From positions 868,001 through 932,000 of the forward strand of contig BCGN01000008.1 of the NCBI GenBank assembly GCA_001599295.1: a stretch of DNA of 64,000 nucleotides. Direction: 5' to 3'. The translations under genes and the position numbers were made by a program. Positions within the stretch are counted from its first letter, which is position 1; each line of letters opens with the position of its first letter. This document shows, piece after piece, positions 60,559 through 64,000 of the stretch. Under the pieces are notes generated by a model. That model had not been told where the DNA came from, did no database searches, and saw only the letters and a list, made by a program, of their open reading frames with translations. Source of the stretch: Sporopachydermia quercuum. Lineage: Eukaryota.

Positions 60559-61343
60559 ATTAAAAAGCTAGCAAAAGAGTATTTCAATGCAATTTCATTA
60601 TCCCAGTAATATAAAAGTTAACCCTTTTCTTCATCTTGATGATGTATGGTAATAGTTACTAATATATATCAGCATTTGTAACTGATCTTTAAAAAGTGTC
60701 TTCTTGAATTTATTCGAATCTACTAGTTACTTAGAGTTAATTGACAGTCATCAGTTAGTGAGAATAACAGAAGCAGCATATGATATGATTCTCCATCGTC
60801 GTACACCAGTCTACTTCCTAGTTGATTTGATAGAAATGGGTTGAATGACTTGTCGTTATTGCGCTGAAGCGAGTTAATTTAAATTGAAAATGGTTTTCAA
60901 AGAAGGTAAGGAAACATAATCACAACGCTATGCTGAAGGGCTAATCAATTGGTTCAATGCTTCCTACGAAATGGCATGGAAATTAAATTTCTAGGGAAGA
61001 CATGAGAGAACCCAAATTGGAGCCTGAATACAGGCTCAGACCATTATAAAATTATACTGTTTGTCATGATGGTTAAGGTACAAGACAATTACATTTTGAA
61101 CATGCAGATATGAAAGTAGCAAAATTGTAGATGATATCGTCCCGACACATAATGATATCTAGACTATAAACTTGAAACAAATCTAATAGAGTCATCAATG
61201 TACGAATTTCACCGATCTGCGGATTCTGCTCCTCGCTTTTCAATCTAGACATGATGATTCTGGNTCTGGTCGAAAAAACTTGAACTATATAAACAAGATG
61301 ACTCGTAACTAAATAATTATTATATTTCATGAGGNACAACTAA

Positions 61344-61439
61344 GCCTTGCTAGCTCAATCGGTAGAGCGTGTGACTCTTAATGTCTTCTAAAGAATAAAA
61401 GTCATCACAAGGTTGGGGGTTCGAGCCCCCCGTAGGGCT
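61344..61439 (+). tRNA. tRNA-Lys(CTT) with a 23-nt intron (61381-61403)
   Basis: GCCTTGCTAGCTCAATCGGTAGAGCGTGTGACTCTTA[intron]ATCACAAGGTTGGGGGTTCGAGCCCCCCGTAGGGCT gives a 73-nt mature tRNA, followed by a T-run terminator. Confidence 0.96.
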
Positions 61440-61822
61440 TTTTTTTCCGCTTACTTTTATGAAACTGTGAATTTGTTTTCTTCCTTTCACATAGTATCGC
61501 TATCACCTCTTATCTGTTTATTAATTAAGAAAAATAACATTCTGTTTATTGTTATTTCATTAAGTAGGGGACTTATACTTACAGTTCTCAGTACACGGTG
61601 GAGTATCAGAATGCTCCTGTCTCCTGTAAGTTCAATCATAGAAGTTCAACGAAATCATTCATCATTTGTGAACAAAACATGCGGACATCCTTACCCCACT
61701 CGGCTTCCCCTACTATCTATCTCCTTTTCATTCATTACATCAACGCCTATATCTCTCGCCTCTTGCTCATCACCGTCATAAACGACTAGACCCTCTCACC
61801 ACATCTCATCGTAAAGGAACAA

Positions 61823-61885
61823 ACGCGTCAAAATAAGCTTTCTACTTAAACGCGTTGAGTTTCTCCAAGTTTGGTCCTAATTAGG
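61823..61885. promoter_or_regulatory. Two MCB elements and a CArG/ECB-like site upstream of MCM5
   Basis: ACGCGT at 61823 and 61850; CCTAATTAGG at 61876-61885. Confidence 0.6.
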
Positions 61886-62344
61886 TAATTTTCATTAATA
61901 CACCAAACTCCAGTGAATTTTCATTTCTTTTCTATTTACCTATCTTTACTCTCTCTCCTTCAAAATGACAACTTTCACCAAGATCAACATAACATAAATG
62001 TAAAACAACAATCTAATATCATGATTAAGTGATTGACTTTGGAACTCAATCTTGCTTTTTGTAAAGGTTCAAGCAAATGTCAGTAGAACATTCTACTTCG
62101 CTGTTGATCACCATTACTTTATATAGGTCTAGTTAAGGGTGAATAAACCAATCTTTAACAACCAAGTCAATAGATTGTCAACTACTGAAAGCAATTCGTC
62201 ACAACCAAGCTTTGCAAACTAGGCACCATCAATTAATTAAACTCGATATTTGTTGGTTAATTTAGAGTACCTAGAATAGTCTACAGTTGATCTAATCAAT
62301 CATCAGTTATATAGGCCAAATCTCTATCCAAAGCGCATATCAAA

Positions 62345-64000
<1,656 letters not shown>

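Noticed and set aside
61073..61789. Short ORFs around tRNA-Lys
   Set aside because: They overlap the tRNA or promoter DNA and show no motifs or codon bias.

Overview
This is AT-rich budding-yeast (Saccharomycotina-type) nuclear DNA. It uses the standard genetic code: CTG aligns with conserved Leu in PPH3, MCM5 and PYC. It is fairly intron-rich, with 12 introns reconstructed by hand, including 8-, 9- and 13-nt microexons. Gene order: MCH1-like MFS(-), FMT1(+), VPS13(-), FGGY/YDR109C-like pentulokinase(+), RAX2(+), ARX1(-), acidic orphan ORF(+, securin/PDS1 candidate), ARP10-like(-), NUC1(+), PYC(+), DUO1(-), HAP3(-), RFT1(+), PPH3(+), GDH1(+), tRNA-Gly(GCC)(-), a composite mobile element, intron-containing tRNA-Lys(CTT)(+), MCM5(+, runs off the window). 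Most notable observations: (1) a sharply bounded ~13 kb domain (about 3.75-17.0 kb) strongly enriched in TCCG/CGGA on both strands in coding and intergenic DNA, containing TCCG-based expansions and a perfect 29-bp palindrome; (2) a Ty3/gypsy LTR-PBS-gag-protease fragment enclosed by 131/151-bp inverted repeats next to a tRNA gene; (3) a candidate divergent securin; (4) a 59-aa Cys-rich ORF just below the ORF-track cutoff. All assignments were made by eye from the sequence and recalled family knowledge; no searches were run.
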